DNA of 25,079 nt, taken from assembly GCA_035288725.1 (NCBI GenBank), contig DATDZK010000066.1:1-25079 (forward strand), read 5' to 3'. The position numbers and the translations under genes were made by a program. Position 1 is the stretch's first letter, and each line of letters opens with the position of its first letter. This DNA is from Candidatus Nanoarchaeia archaeon. Lineage in GTDB: Archaea > Nanobdellota > Nanobdellia > SCGC-AAA011-G17 > DATDVL01. The notes under the pieces were generated by a model. It made no database searches. It saw nothing but the letters and a program-made list of their open reading frames with translations, and was not told the origin of the DNA. Shown piece by piece: positions 1 through 8,084 of the stretch.

Positions 1-353
1 AAAGTGGGGATATTTCTGATGCCGTAGAATGGGAATGCCGAAGACAAGGATTAGATCCAAAAAAAGTTGATTGGAGAGAGATGCAAACTCAGGATTTAAT
101 ATGGTTAGCTTTTGGTGGCGGAAGAACCTATAAGACTAGTCCAGATAAATATGCTATAGAATTAACCGTGCCAACAAAAATCACGACAATTAGGCATGAA
201 GTAAGGCATATCCAAAAAGGTCATGTAGAAGATACTTATGGGAATTTATCTCCTAAAGTAAGACTTAAACACCATATAATGCATATATTTAGGGATGAAC
301 CATTGACATTTATGTATGCATCCACAGGTCCATCTTATAAGCCGACCCCCTAA
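1..353 (+). CDS. 5'-truncated hypothetical protein with HExxH (zincin-like) motif
   Basis: The frame of ORF 81..353 stays open back to position 3 (SGDISDAVEWECRRQG...), so it starts before the window. Contains IRHEVRHI. Confidence 0.6.
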   Translation, partial: SGDISDAVEWECRRQGLDPKKVDWREMQTQDLIWLAFGGGRTYKTSPDKYAIELTVPTKITTIRHEVRHIQKGHVEDTYGNLSPKVRLKHHIMHIFRDEPLTFMYASTGPSYKPTP

Positions 354-412
354 TTTTCTTTAGAATTTTTATCGAACCAGCCCTATTAAATAAATCTCCA
401 GCCAATTGCGTG

Positions 413-545
413 TAATCGCTGTTAGTTTCTCCAGAATACTTGGAGGGATTGGGTTTTAGTGCAACGTTCGGCGAAGCCGAAAAATCCAAAGTTGAGAAAA
501 CGGCGTCTTCAAGTGCGGAGCACCAGAAATTAAAAAATGATAGGT
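413..545. repeat. Dispersed ~130-bp intergenic element, copy 1 (two GNA-triloop hairpins)
   Basis: 413-466 matches 4579-4632 at 45/54 nt, followed by hairpins TTCGGC-GAA-GCCGAA (467-481) and GTGC-GGA-GCAC (513-523). Confidence 0.8.
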
Positions 546-590
546 TTTGGGCGTTCCACTAAGTTAGCCTCTTCTGAGTAGTAAAATATA

Positions 591-604
591 GAAAACTTTA
601 TAAA
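591..604 (+). promoter_or_regulatory. Archaeal BRE/TATA promoter
   Basis: GAAAAC-TTTATAAA, with TATA ending 22 nt before the ATG at 627 (leaderless-type spacing). Confidence 0.65.
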
Positions 605-626
605 GCTTAACCTACTACTAAGTGAT

Positions 627-1208
627 ATGACAAGTCAAACACAGGAAGTGAATCTTCCAGGATATGTGAAAAAAGCGATTACCAGCAACCTTGCACTAAC
701 TGAACCATACAGTTGGTTAAGTCCTGGGCATTGGAGAGAATTAGCTGAGCATGTCTATGCCGATGAGATTATTCCACGAGCAGAAGGAACTGATGCAACA
801 TTTCTACAACGTGGAACACAAAACGCATATGGACATGGAAGGCGAAGAACATTAAATGGAATTTTGTGTTCAGCAGTGGTTGATCATAATGGTGTTGAAA
901 GTCATATTCCTAATTACAGAAGAGTCAAAGAAATTTACGAATCAGTTAACTGTGAAAGAGGAGATGATGACTTAATAGTTGGTGGAATTAAAAAAATAAT
1001 CTATAGACATATGATTGACAGAGCACCGATCCTGGAAGACAGAGAACAAAAAATCGGGTTAGATGGATTTCATGAACAGCTCTGGGAAAACGGTTGGATG
1101 GATGAAGAAGGTCATTCGCTATTAAGAGGCGAATTCAGAATCGTTTATGAAGCTCATGCAGAACCCGGTAACAACTTTATTCAATGGTCTGCTATGATAA
1201 CCGAATAA
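627..1208 (+). CDS. Hypothetical protein (193 aa)
   Basis: Long ORF with an upstream TATA box; no recognisable motif. Confidence 0.7.
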   Translation: MTSQTQEVNLPGYVKKAITSNLALTEPYSWLSPGHWRELAEHVYADEIIPRAEGTDATFLQRGTQNAYGHGRRRTLNGILCSAVVDHNGVESHIPNYRRVKEIYESVNCERGDDDLIVGGIKKIIYRHMIDRAPILEDREQKIGLDGFHEQLWENGWMDEEGHSLLRGEFRIVYEAHAEPGNNFIQWSAMITE

Positions 1209-1249
1209 ATTTAAGACGCCCCGCCTTTTAATATTTTCTCAGATTTTTT

Positions 1250-1362
1250 ACATTTGTTAGCGAGCCAGCGATTGCAACTAATCAGTGTTAGCAGACCCGA
1301 CTGAAAGGAGGAGAGCGCAGCGGGGTGCGAACGATAGTGAGCAAGTTGCGGAGGGGTCGCCG
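1250..1362. repeat. GC-rich REP-like/att-like intergenic element
   Basis: GC-rich stretch between convergent AT-rich genes, with short hairpin motifs (GC-GCA-GC) and two GTTAGC boxes. Its end, 1346-1361, is an inverted copy (13/16) of 1823-1838. Confidence 0.45.
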
Positions 1363-1788
1363 TCATTTTTTATGTAATTTCAAATATTCTTCAATTGTTT
1401 TTTTAGTATAATGTTCAATAGGTAATTTTAATGCTTCATTCAGGGTAATCCATACAAATTCCTGTCCCTCAGAATTAAGTTTAACTTCTGGCGAATCTGT
1501 TTTGCAGGCAAAATCAAAGAAGATAAAGTGTTTTTTCTTCCAAAATTCTTCACCATAAACAAATTCTTGAAAGCAAATAAACTCTATATCATAAATATCT
1601 AATCCTGTTTCTTCTTTGATTTCTCTTTTTAGAGCATCTTCGATTTTCTCTCTAAGTTCAACATGACCACCAGGAATTACATATTTATCTCTCCATTTGT
1701 GAGATTTCATTAAGAAGATTTTGCCTGCCGAATTGAAGATTAATGCACCGCAAGTTGGTTCTGGATATTGTTGTTCTGTCATAATCAT
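1363..1788 (-). CDS. NUDIX hydrolase (true start may be 1782)
   Basis: Nudix box GGHVELREKIEDALKREIKEETGL fits GX5EX7REUXEEXGU. A TATA box (plus-strand 1806-1813) favours the second ATG. Confidence 0.92.
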   Translation of the reverse strand: MIMTEQQYPEPTCGALIFNSAGKIFLMKSHKWRDKYVIPGGHVELREKIEDALKREIKEETGLDIYDIEFICFQEFVYGEEFWKKKHFIFFDFACKTDSPEVKLNSEGQEFVWITLNEALKLPIEHYTKKTIEEYLKLHKK

Positions 1789-1844
1789 TGATTATTTAAT
1801 GGAAGTTATAAATGTATCTAAAGGCGACCCCGTAGCAATTTCAC

Positions 1845-1919
1845 TTAACAGTTAATATGCGAATTCCATCATCTCCGAAACTTCTGGGCGTTTTCGTGCC
1901 ATATCCAGAAATTTTGTCA
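1845..1919. repeat. 75-bp direct repeat, copy 1 (attI-like site)
   Basis: 69/75 identical to 5089-5163. On the minus strand it ends in GTTAAGT (GTTRRRY). It lies between the divergent integrase and NUDIX genes. Confidence 0.85.
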
Positions 1920-1998
1920 TAAAAAAAGTGATACTTTTCGGGAATAGTGTAAAAATTCCGGATTTATCAAAGCAAGGCATATTAAGCTCCTTGGCTAT

Positions 1999-2487
1999 AT
2001 GGTGGTCATGGATGTCCTTGAGAAAGTGAAAAAGGAGATGTTGAGAAGAAGATACTCTGCAAGGACAATAGCAACCTACTTGAACTGCGTAAGGAGCTTC
2101 ATAAAAGCAAACCATAAGGATACAAGAAAGTACAGCAAGACAGATGTCAGGGAATTCCTGGAAAAACTAGCTGAAAAAGGGGCTTCAGGTAGCACAATAA
2201 ACGTCAACCTGCAGGCATTAAAATTTATGCTGGAATATGCATTAAACAAGCGTGTATGGATCGATATAAGATATAGCAAGAACAACAGGAAAAGGCTCCC
2301 TGAAATACTGGCATATGATGAAGTAAAAATGCTGTTTAGCACTATAAAAAACGAAAAACACCTTATCATGGTGCAGCTGCTTTACGGTGCAGGCCTGCGT
2401 GTATCCGAATTGCTTAACCTGAAAAAAATGGATTTTGTACTGGATCAATGCTATGGATGGGTCAGAAAAATACCGCCACAGTTGTAA
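1999..2487 (+). pseudogene. C-terminally truncated integron-integrase-like/XerD-like tyrosine recombinase
   Basis: SAM-like N-domain (RRRYSARTIATYLNCVRSF) and first catalytic box LLYGAGLRVSE. The frame ends at WVRK-IPPQL, where the catalytic Lys loop would follow; the HxxR and Tyr boxes are absent. Confidence 0.85.
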
Positions 2488-2500
2488 GTGCACGTTTTAA

Positions 2501-2514
2501 CGAAAGTTTTAAAT
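2501..2514 (+). promoter_or_regulatory. BRE/TATA promoter of the Fic gene
   Basis: CGAAAG-TTTTAAAT, 23 nt before ATG 2538. Confidence 0.55.
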
Positions 2515-2537
2515 AGTGGCGTGCCCATACATAGGTT

Positions 2538-3479
2538 ATGGCTTATGTTGAAACAATAAAGAGAGGAAATAAGGAATATTATTACCTTACTAAGAATCTT
2601 CGGGTTGGTATTAACAAATGGAAGAAGATTAGGGTGTATATCGGAGATAAGAAACCAACAAAATCTGAAATCCAGAAATATGCTAAAGAGATTGAGAAGC
2701 AGGTTGAGGAGGGAGGGTTCAAAAAATCAGAATACTCTTATCTTGGTGAGGAAGATGCCGAAACACTCCAGGATCTTAAAGAAGGCTATAAGGAGTGGTT
2801 AAAGAAAACCCCGGAAAGCCTCAAAAACAAGTTCTATGATGATTTTGTAATTCGGTTTACCTATCATAGCAATGCCATTGAAGGGAATAGGCTTACTCTG
2901 CGGCAAACAGCCCTTATTCTTAAAGATAAAGTTATTCCCTCTGGCGTACTGGCATCTGATTATCATGAAGCTGTAAACGGAAAGGAGTGTTTAGAATTTC
3001 TGAAAGAGCACAAAGGAGAACTAAACAGCAGATTATTGGAGAAAGTAAATGGAATTTTAACCAAGAACACTGATATTGTTTATGGGGGAAGAATTCGTTT
3101 TTTTGATGTTAAAATTGAAGGTTCTAAGCACGTCCCGCCTCCAAACGAAGAAGTGAAAAGGCATTTGCTAAACATGTATAAGTGGTATAGCGCCAATAAG
3201 AATAGATTGCACCCATTCGAGCTTGCAGCAATGATTCATGCTAAGTTAACTTGGGTTCATCCGTTTGAAGATGGCAACGGAAGGACATCTAGGACGATTA
3301 TGAACTGGATTTTGATGAAGAATGGTTATCCTATGTTCTTTATCCCGTTTGAAAAGCGAGAAGAGTATTACATGGCTTTGGAGGAAGCTGACAAAGAGAA
3401 TTTTAAGGCGTATATGGCCAGAATGTTGCGGTTGATTATAGACCAAGTAAGAAGTTACGGGCACAAGGAGAAGAAATAA
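2538..3479 (+). CDS. Fic-domain protein (class II type, internal inhibitory motif)
   Basis: Complete Fic motif HPFEDGNGRTSR and an upstream SNAIEG matching (S/T)xxxE(G/N). Confidence 0.92.
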   Translation: MAYVETIKRGNKEYYYLTKNLRVGINKWKKIRVYIGDKKPTKSEIQKYAKEIEKQVEEGGFKKSEYSYLGEEDAETLQDLKEGYKEWLKKTPESLKNKFYDDFVIRFTYHSNAIEGNRLTLRQTALILKDKVIPSGVLASDYHEAVNGKECLEFLKEHKGELNSRLLEKVNGILTKNTDIVYGGRIRFFDVKIEGSKHVPPPNEEVKRHLLNMYKWYSANKNRLHPFELAAMIHAKLTWVHPFEDGNGRTSRTIMNWILMKNGYPMFFIPFEKREEYYMALEEADKENFKAYMARMLRLIIDQVRSYGHKEKK

Positions 3480-3577
3480 GAGTAGTATATGGGCACAGAG
3501 CAGGATTAGTTATTATATTTAAGGCAAAACTGGAATATTTATATATAATTAGATTATACATTATGATAGGTAACACC

Positions 3578-3802
3578 ATGGAACAATTCGAGGCAATCCC
3601 GAAAAAATGGGGCAATTCATTAGGCATAACAATACCATCCGACATCGCAGAGCAGGAGAACATACAGCCGCAAAAGAAAATAACTGTATTGGTTATAGGG
3701 AACAAGCAGAAGCAACTTAAAAAGATGTTTGGAACCTTGAAGCTGAAAAAACCAACGCAGCAAGTAATGGATGAAATAGATGAAGGGTATGACAAACACT
3801 GA
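3578..3802 (+). CDS. vapB: AbrB/MazE/SpoVT-type antitoxin (VapB-like)
   Basis: KKWGNSLGITIP signature; overlaps the start of a PIN gene. The alternative start is 3563. Confidence 0.85.
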   Translation: MEQFEAIPKKWGNSLGITIPSDIAEQENIQPQKKITVLVIGNKQKQLKKMFGTLKLKKPTQQVMDEIDEGYDKH

Positions 3803-4165
3803 AATATTCTTTTGCGACACCTACGCATTGATAGAAATAGTCGGTGGAAATCCAAGCTATAAAAAATACCTGTCATCTTCACTGATTACCTCTGATTATA
3901 ACCTAATGGAGATGTACTATGCATTCTTGAGAGACTGCTGGGCCAGCAGACAGCGGATAAATATTTTGACCAATGGAGTAAATTTCTTGTGCAGATTCCG
4001 CTCGAAACAATAAAACAGGCAATGGTTTTCAGGCTTGCGAACAAAAAAGAGGATCTAAGCTATGTGGATTGTATAGGATATGCTTTTTCCCAGCAAAATC
4101 TGATAAAGTTTCTGACCGGAGACAGGAGATTCGAAAGCAAAATAGGGGTGGAGTTCGTCAAATAA
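3789..4165 (+). pseudogene. vapC: PIN-domain toxin (VapC-like), frameshifted near 3928-3940
   Basis: The N-half has FFCDTYALIE. The C-half is in the -1 frame: LGQQTADKYF...LSYVDCIGYA...FLTGDRRF...EFVK*, stop at 4163-4165. Confidence 0.85.
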
Positions 4166-4188
4166 AATTGAACTTATTCTTTTGGTCT

Positions 4189-4551
4189 ATGGATTTTTAC
4201 GATTTGTTCAAACCATATTCTCCTGAAATTAGGGGAGATTTAGAAGCATACTTGCGTGAGCATGATGGAAGTAGCGCCAGCAACCTTTTTTATGGACCAG
4301 AATATTTTTTGGTTATAAAAGATAAAAGGTGGATGGTTCCTGGCCAGACTTGGATAAGGGTTAATCAAAGTTCAGTTCCAGATATTGCTTATGTAGTTAA
4401 TTCTGATTTTATGTTAGAAAGTAGTGGCCGAGGGAAAGACAATATGAGTTGTGTCGGCGCTACGAGAGGAGTTTATGATCCTTCTAAAGCATTAATAAGA
4501 AAGGCATGGTCAATTTTGGGTTTGAACCTTAATCCGCCGGCCAGAACGTAA
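4189..4551 (+). CDS. Hypothetical protein (120 aa)
   Basis: The track ORF 4069..4551 overlaps the PIN C-terminus; ATG 4189 is the first start clear of it. Confidence 0.55.
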   Translation: MDFYDLFKPYSPEIRGDLEAYLREHDGSSASNLFYGPEYFLVIKDKRWMVPGQTWIRVNQSSVPDIAYVVNSDFMLESSGRGKDNMSCVGATRGVYDPSKALIRKAWSILGLNLNPPART

Positions 4552-4578
4552 TAGGGAGCACGATTTTTTAATTGAGTT

Positions 4579-4713
4579 TAATCGCTGTTAATCTCTCCCG
4601 AATACTTGCAGGGACTAAAATTTAGTGCAACGATGCCGAAGGCAAAATTTTAGAGTTTTTGTGGGCAAAATTATATCTAGCACGAAGTGCCTTAAATGAA
4701 AAATAATAAAGGG
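4579..4713. repeat. Dispersed ~130-bp intergenic element, copy 2
   Basis: Homologous to 413-545; hairpins TGCC-GAA-GGCA (4634-4644) and GCAC-GAA-GTGC (4680-4690). Confidence 0.8.
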
Positions 4714-4719
4714 CAAGAA

Positions 4720-5001
4720 TTAAAGTTTATGATAAAATTGTACAGCGACTGGAAAACCATTTTGATAACTTTCGCCGGGATTTCCAATAACATAAGCATT
4801 AGCAGGTTCAGGTTTTTCTAATTCAGCCACTAAATCTCCAACTTTGTGAAATTTGTCAGTTGGTATCCTAAGAACTTGTGGAAGACCAACAGCTAATGCG
4901 TGAACAGGTTTTTGTTCTGTTCTTATTGTTCCATCTAGATTTTGAAATCTTAATGATTCATACAAAATGTTTTCCTTCAATACTAATTCTGAAAGTTCCA
5001 T
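4720..5001 (-). CDS. Small hypothetical protein (93 aa)
   Basis: ORF with a minus-strand AGAAAGATTTATATAC promoter at 5025-5040. Confidence 0.65.
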   Translation of the reverse strand: MELSELVLKENILYESLRFQNLDGTIRTEQKPVHALAVGLPQVLRIPTDKFHKVGDLVAELEKPEPANAYVIGNPGESYQNGFPVAVQFYHKL

Positions 5002-5088
5002 ATTATATTTACAACTATTAAGTAGTATATAAATCTTTCTGTTAGTAGATTCTTGCTCCTTTCACTATTTTGCCCGCAAAAATTGAAT

Positions 5089-5163
5089 TTAACAGTTAAT
5101 ATGCGAATTCAGTCATCTCCGAAGCTTCTGGGCTTTTTCATGCCATATCAAGAAATTTTGTCA
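5089..5163. repeat. 75-bp direct repeat, copy 2 (includes the tuf stop codon)
   Basis: 69/75 identical to 1845-1919; minus-strand core GTTAAAT; 5161-5163 is the TGA of tuf. Confidence 0.85.
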
Positions 5164-6447
5164 CAAAATCTTCTTCACATAATCAATGCACATTCCAGCT
5201 GCAACAGTTGATCCAGCATCCCTGATTGCAAACCTTGCCATGTGCGGAATGTCTTTTTGCTTCTCAATGACTACAGGCTTCATTGGCTTGATCTTTACAA
5301 TTGCAACATCCCCATTCTTGATGAAGTCAACCTTGCCTTCAATCTTCTGCCCTGTTCTTGGATCAAGCTTGTGCATCAATTCTGCAAACTGGCATGCAAC
5401 CTGCGCAGTATGGATATGGAACACAGGCGTATATCCTACAGTAATCACAGTAGGATGGTTCAAGACAGCAACCTGCGCAGTAAATTCAGTCACTATTGTT
5501 GGAGGGCTGTTCTCATGTCCTAAAACATCCCCTCTTTCAATGTCCTTCATCTGTATTCCTTTTACTGTAAACCCTACATTATCCCCTGGAAGCGCTTCAG
5601 AAATAGATTCATGGTGCATCTCAATGGTCTTGACCTCTCCCTTGATTCCCTTGCCATCTCTTGCAGGTACAATTATGACCTTCTCATTCGGCTTCATCAC
5701 ACCAGTCTCAACTCTTCCAACAGGCACAACTCCTATTCCCTTGATATTATACACATCCTGAATAGGCAGCCTTAATGGCAGGTTTGTTGGCTTTTCAGGC
5801 ACGTCAAACTTGTCAAACTGCTCAAGCACTGTTGGCCCTGTATACCAGGGCATGTTTGCAGATTTCTTCACTATATTGTCTCCAATAAATCCTGCAGTAG
5901 GAATGAACTGCACCTTGTCCAGCTTATAGCCAACTCCCTGTATAAGCTTGCTAAGCTCTGCCTTGACATCTTCAAATCTCTTCTGGTCATACTTGGAAAC
6001 ATCCATCTTGTTGACAAGGACAGCAATCTGGCCAACTCCAAGTGTCCTGAGCAGCATCAAGTGCTCTTTGGTCTGCGCCATTGCCCCTTCAGGAGCAGCA
6101 ACAGCCAAAAATGCAGCATCAGCCTGGCTTGTTCCAGTAATCATGTTCTTGATGAAATCCTTATGCCCGGGAGCGTCAATTATAGTGATTTCAAACTTCT
6201 GCGTGATTACCTTCTTGTATGAAAGGTCAATCGTTACTCCCCTTTCCCTCTCTTCCTTCAGGTTGTCCATGACAAATGCAAACTCAAACCCGACCTTCCC
6301 CACCTGCTGTGCAGTCTCCTTCAGCTTTCTCATGGTAGCGTCATCAATCTTTCCAGAATCATACATAAGCCTGCCTATTGTAGTGCTCTTTCCGTGGTCA
6401 ACATGGCCAACGAAAACAATATTTAAGTGTGGTTTTGCTCTTGCCAT
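5161..6447 (-). CDS. tuf: Translation elongation factor EF-1alpha
   Basis: [19 protein letters not shown] and NKMD motifs; archaeal-type N-terminus; upstream GAGGT SD. Confidence 0.99.
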   Translation of the reverse strand: MARAKPHLNIVFVGHVDHGKSTTIGRLMYDSGKIDDATMRKLKETAQQVGKVGFEFAFVMDNLKEERERGVTIDLSYKKVITQKFEITIIDAPGHKDFIKNMITGTSQADAAFLAVAAPEGAMAQTKEHLMLLRTLGVGQIAVLVNKMDVSKYDQKRFEDVKAELSKLIQGVGYKLDKVQFIPTAGFIGDNIVKKSANMPWYTGPTVLEQFDKFDVPEKPTNLPLRLPIQDVYNIKGIGVVPVGRVETGVMKPNEKVIIVPARDGKGIKGEVKTIEMHHESISEALPGDNVGFTVKGIQMKDIERGDVLGHENSPPTIVTEFTAQVAVLNHPTVITVGYTPVFHIHTAQVACQFAELMHKLDPRTGQKIEGKVDFIKNGDVAIVKIKPMKPVVIEKQKDIPHMARFAIRDAGSTVAAGMCIDYVKKIL

Positions 6448-6544
6448 TGTTATTTAGTACCTCATAGTTTATTATGAATGTTTGTAGTTTCGAATTACTG
6501 AGGATGCTTTATAAACATTTCTGTTCTAAACTTTCCATGAGAAA

Positions 6545-7105
6545 ATGGGAAATATTAAATATGTAATCGAGCACATGGAGCCAGAGCTGTTTGAGTGGTG
6601 CTTAATCGAGTACAAGAATATATCAAGGATTGTTGGCAGAGAGCATCTGATATTTACAAGTGTTAAGAATGATGCGCGCAAGCTCAAGCAATTTGGAGCT
6701 GTCTGCAATGAGCCAGTTGCCCAGCTTCATCTGCAAAATGCCTGCATCCTGGATCCGGCAGCCTCAAAGACATTGTCCTCGCATGATCAGTTTGAATTCC
6801 TTATCTTCGGAGGCATCCTGGGAGATTTTCCTCCAAAAGCAAGAACAAAAGAGCTGTCTAGCAAGCTTAATTATCCAGCAAGGAATCTAGGAAAAAAACA
6901 ATTCTCCACAGACACAGCAGTCTATGTTGCCAGGGAAATCATGCATGGAAAGATGCTTAAGGATTTTGCTTTTCAAGATGGAATAAAAATAAAATTAAAC
7001 AATGTAGAGACAGTTGAGCTTCCATTCACCTATGTTCTAATTGATGGTAATCCCCTGATTCCTCCAGGCCTAGTGCGTCATTTAAGGCAGAGAAGAGAAT
7101 TTTAG
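6545..7105 (+). CDS. SFM1-like SPOUT methyltransferase
   Basis: YVIEHME...EWCLIEY, ILDP, FGGILGD.PP..RT, RNLGKKQFSTDTAV and ELPF motifs typical of the Sfm1-like family. Confidence 0.82.
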   Translation: MGNIKYVIEHMEPELFEWCLIEYKNISRIVGREHLIFTSVKNDARKLKQFGAVCNEPVAQLHLQNACILDPAASKTLSSHDQFEFLIFGGILGDFPPKARTKELSSKLNYPARNLGKKQFSTDTAVYVAREIMHGKMLKDFAFQDGIKIKLNNVETVELPFTYVLIDGNPLIPPGLVRHLRQRREF

Positions 7106-7527
7106 GCAGAAGGAACAAATGTCGGAATCTCTAGGTGCTTGTAATCGCAGTGAAGCAGGCGCAGAAGCTGAGATTCAATGAATGACTCAGGAGACCTTAG
7201 TGAAGTCTGCATTAAAGTGCCTGCCTGCCTGCCATTGTAGCGGGTAATGACTATGGTGTTGATGCTAATCCCGTCAATAGTCAGCAGGTCTGAAGTGGCA
7301 GTAAACTCAGTAACTAAAGGCGGCCTGGGATCTACAGAAAACGGCCTGAGAATCTCGCCAAGGTACTCAACCATGTGCCTCATCTGCTGCGGGCTGCAGT
7401 TTTCAAGAAAGGCTTTGTTGAAAAGTCCACGGTATAATTTTCTTTTAGGATCATAGGAAAATCCGCATGCATACTCTGGGTTCTTCTGAGCATGCTCCTG
7501 TGTATCTAGCATATTATCAAGCGTCAT
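7102..7527 (-). CDS. Hypothetical protein (141 aa)
   Basis: ORF convergent on the SPOUT gene with a 4-nt overlap; TATA-like TTTTAAG upstream. Confidence 0.6.
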   Translation of the reverse strand: MTLDNMLDTQEHAQKNPEYACGFSYDPKRKLYRGLFNKAFLENCSPQQMRHMVEYLGEILRPFSVDPRPPLVTEFTATSDLLTIDGISINTIVITRYNGRQAGTLMQTSLRSPESFIESQLLRLLHCDYKHLEIPTFVPSA

Positions 7528-7574
7528 GGAAAATAGAAAAAAAGTAATGCTTAAAAGCGTTGTGAATGTGGGTT

Positions 7575-8084
7575 TTATATTGGGACACTCAAGATTTCCT
7601 CATGCAGCTCTTTGTAATGTGCACGAATATATATCCCAAGGCGTTCTAGTAGCATATTATGTTTTGCATGCTCCCTAGAAGGGTTAAATGCCTCGCGAAG
7701 TTCGCTTTCAAGTTCTTCCCTGCTGACAATCTTTCCGAGATAGTCCAAATGGATGATTGCATCAATGTCTGGCTCGCCTTTTGCATAAGGTCTGCGGTAA
7801 TGTTCAGCGAAAGCAGCAAGTAAAACTGTCCTGGCAATGTCCCGCTGTTCTTCATTTATGCCATAATTGATTCTTTCTTCAAGCTCCTGAATATGGCGCA
7901 TATGGTCAGAAGATTCTTGCCATGCCTCTCTCTCTGCTGCCCTCCTTTCTTTCCGTAGATCACTTTTGCTCAATCCTTGTGTAACAGGATCGTTAATCAA
8001 ATCTTTAAATTCATCAAAGCGGCGAACCCTGTTGTTGTATGGCGCATTGCGCACTCGAAATGACGTATGTAGTTGATGTACCAT
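7575..8084 (-). CDS. Hypothetical, largely helical protein (169 aa)
   Basis: GAGGTG SD before the ATG; GAAAAATTTAAATA promoter around 8128-8141. Confidence 0.72.
   Translation of the reverse strand: MVHQLHTSFRVRNAPYNNRVRRFDEFKDLINDPVTQGLSKSDLRKERRAAEREAWQESSDHMRHIQELEERINYGINEEQRDIARTVLLAAFAEHYRRPYAKGEPDIDAIIHLDYLGKIVSREELESELREAFNPSREHAKHNMLLERLGIYIRAHYKELHEEILSVPI

Noticed and set aside
1841-1865. TTAAC-A-GTTAA palindrome as a Xer dif site
   Set aside because: The spacing does not fit 11-6-11 dif geometry, and the site is duplicated within a longer repeat.
1852-2115. Minus-strand 87-aa ORF
   Set aside because: It is the antisense shadow of the integrase and the repeat; the equivalent frame in repeat copy 2 has a stop.
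4533-4562. GCCAGAACGTAATAGGG resembling a degenerate att 3' end
   Set aside because: It has GTA rather than GTT and no partner arm; too weak.
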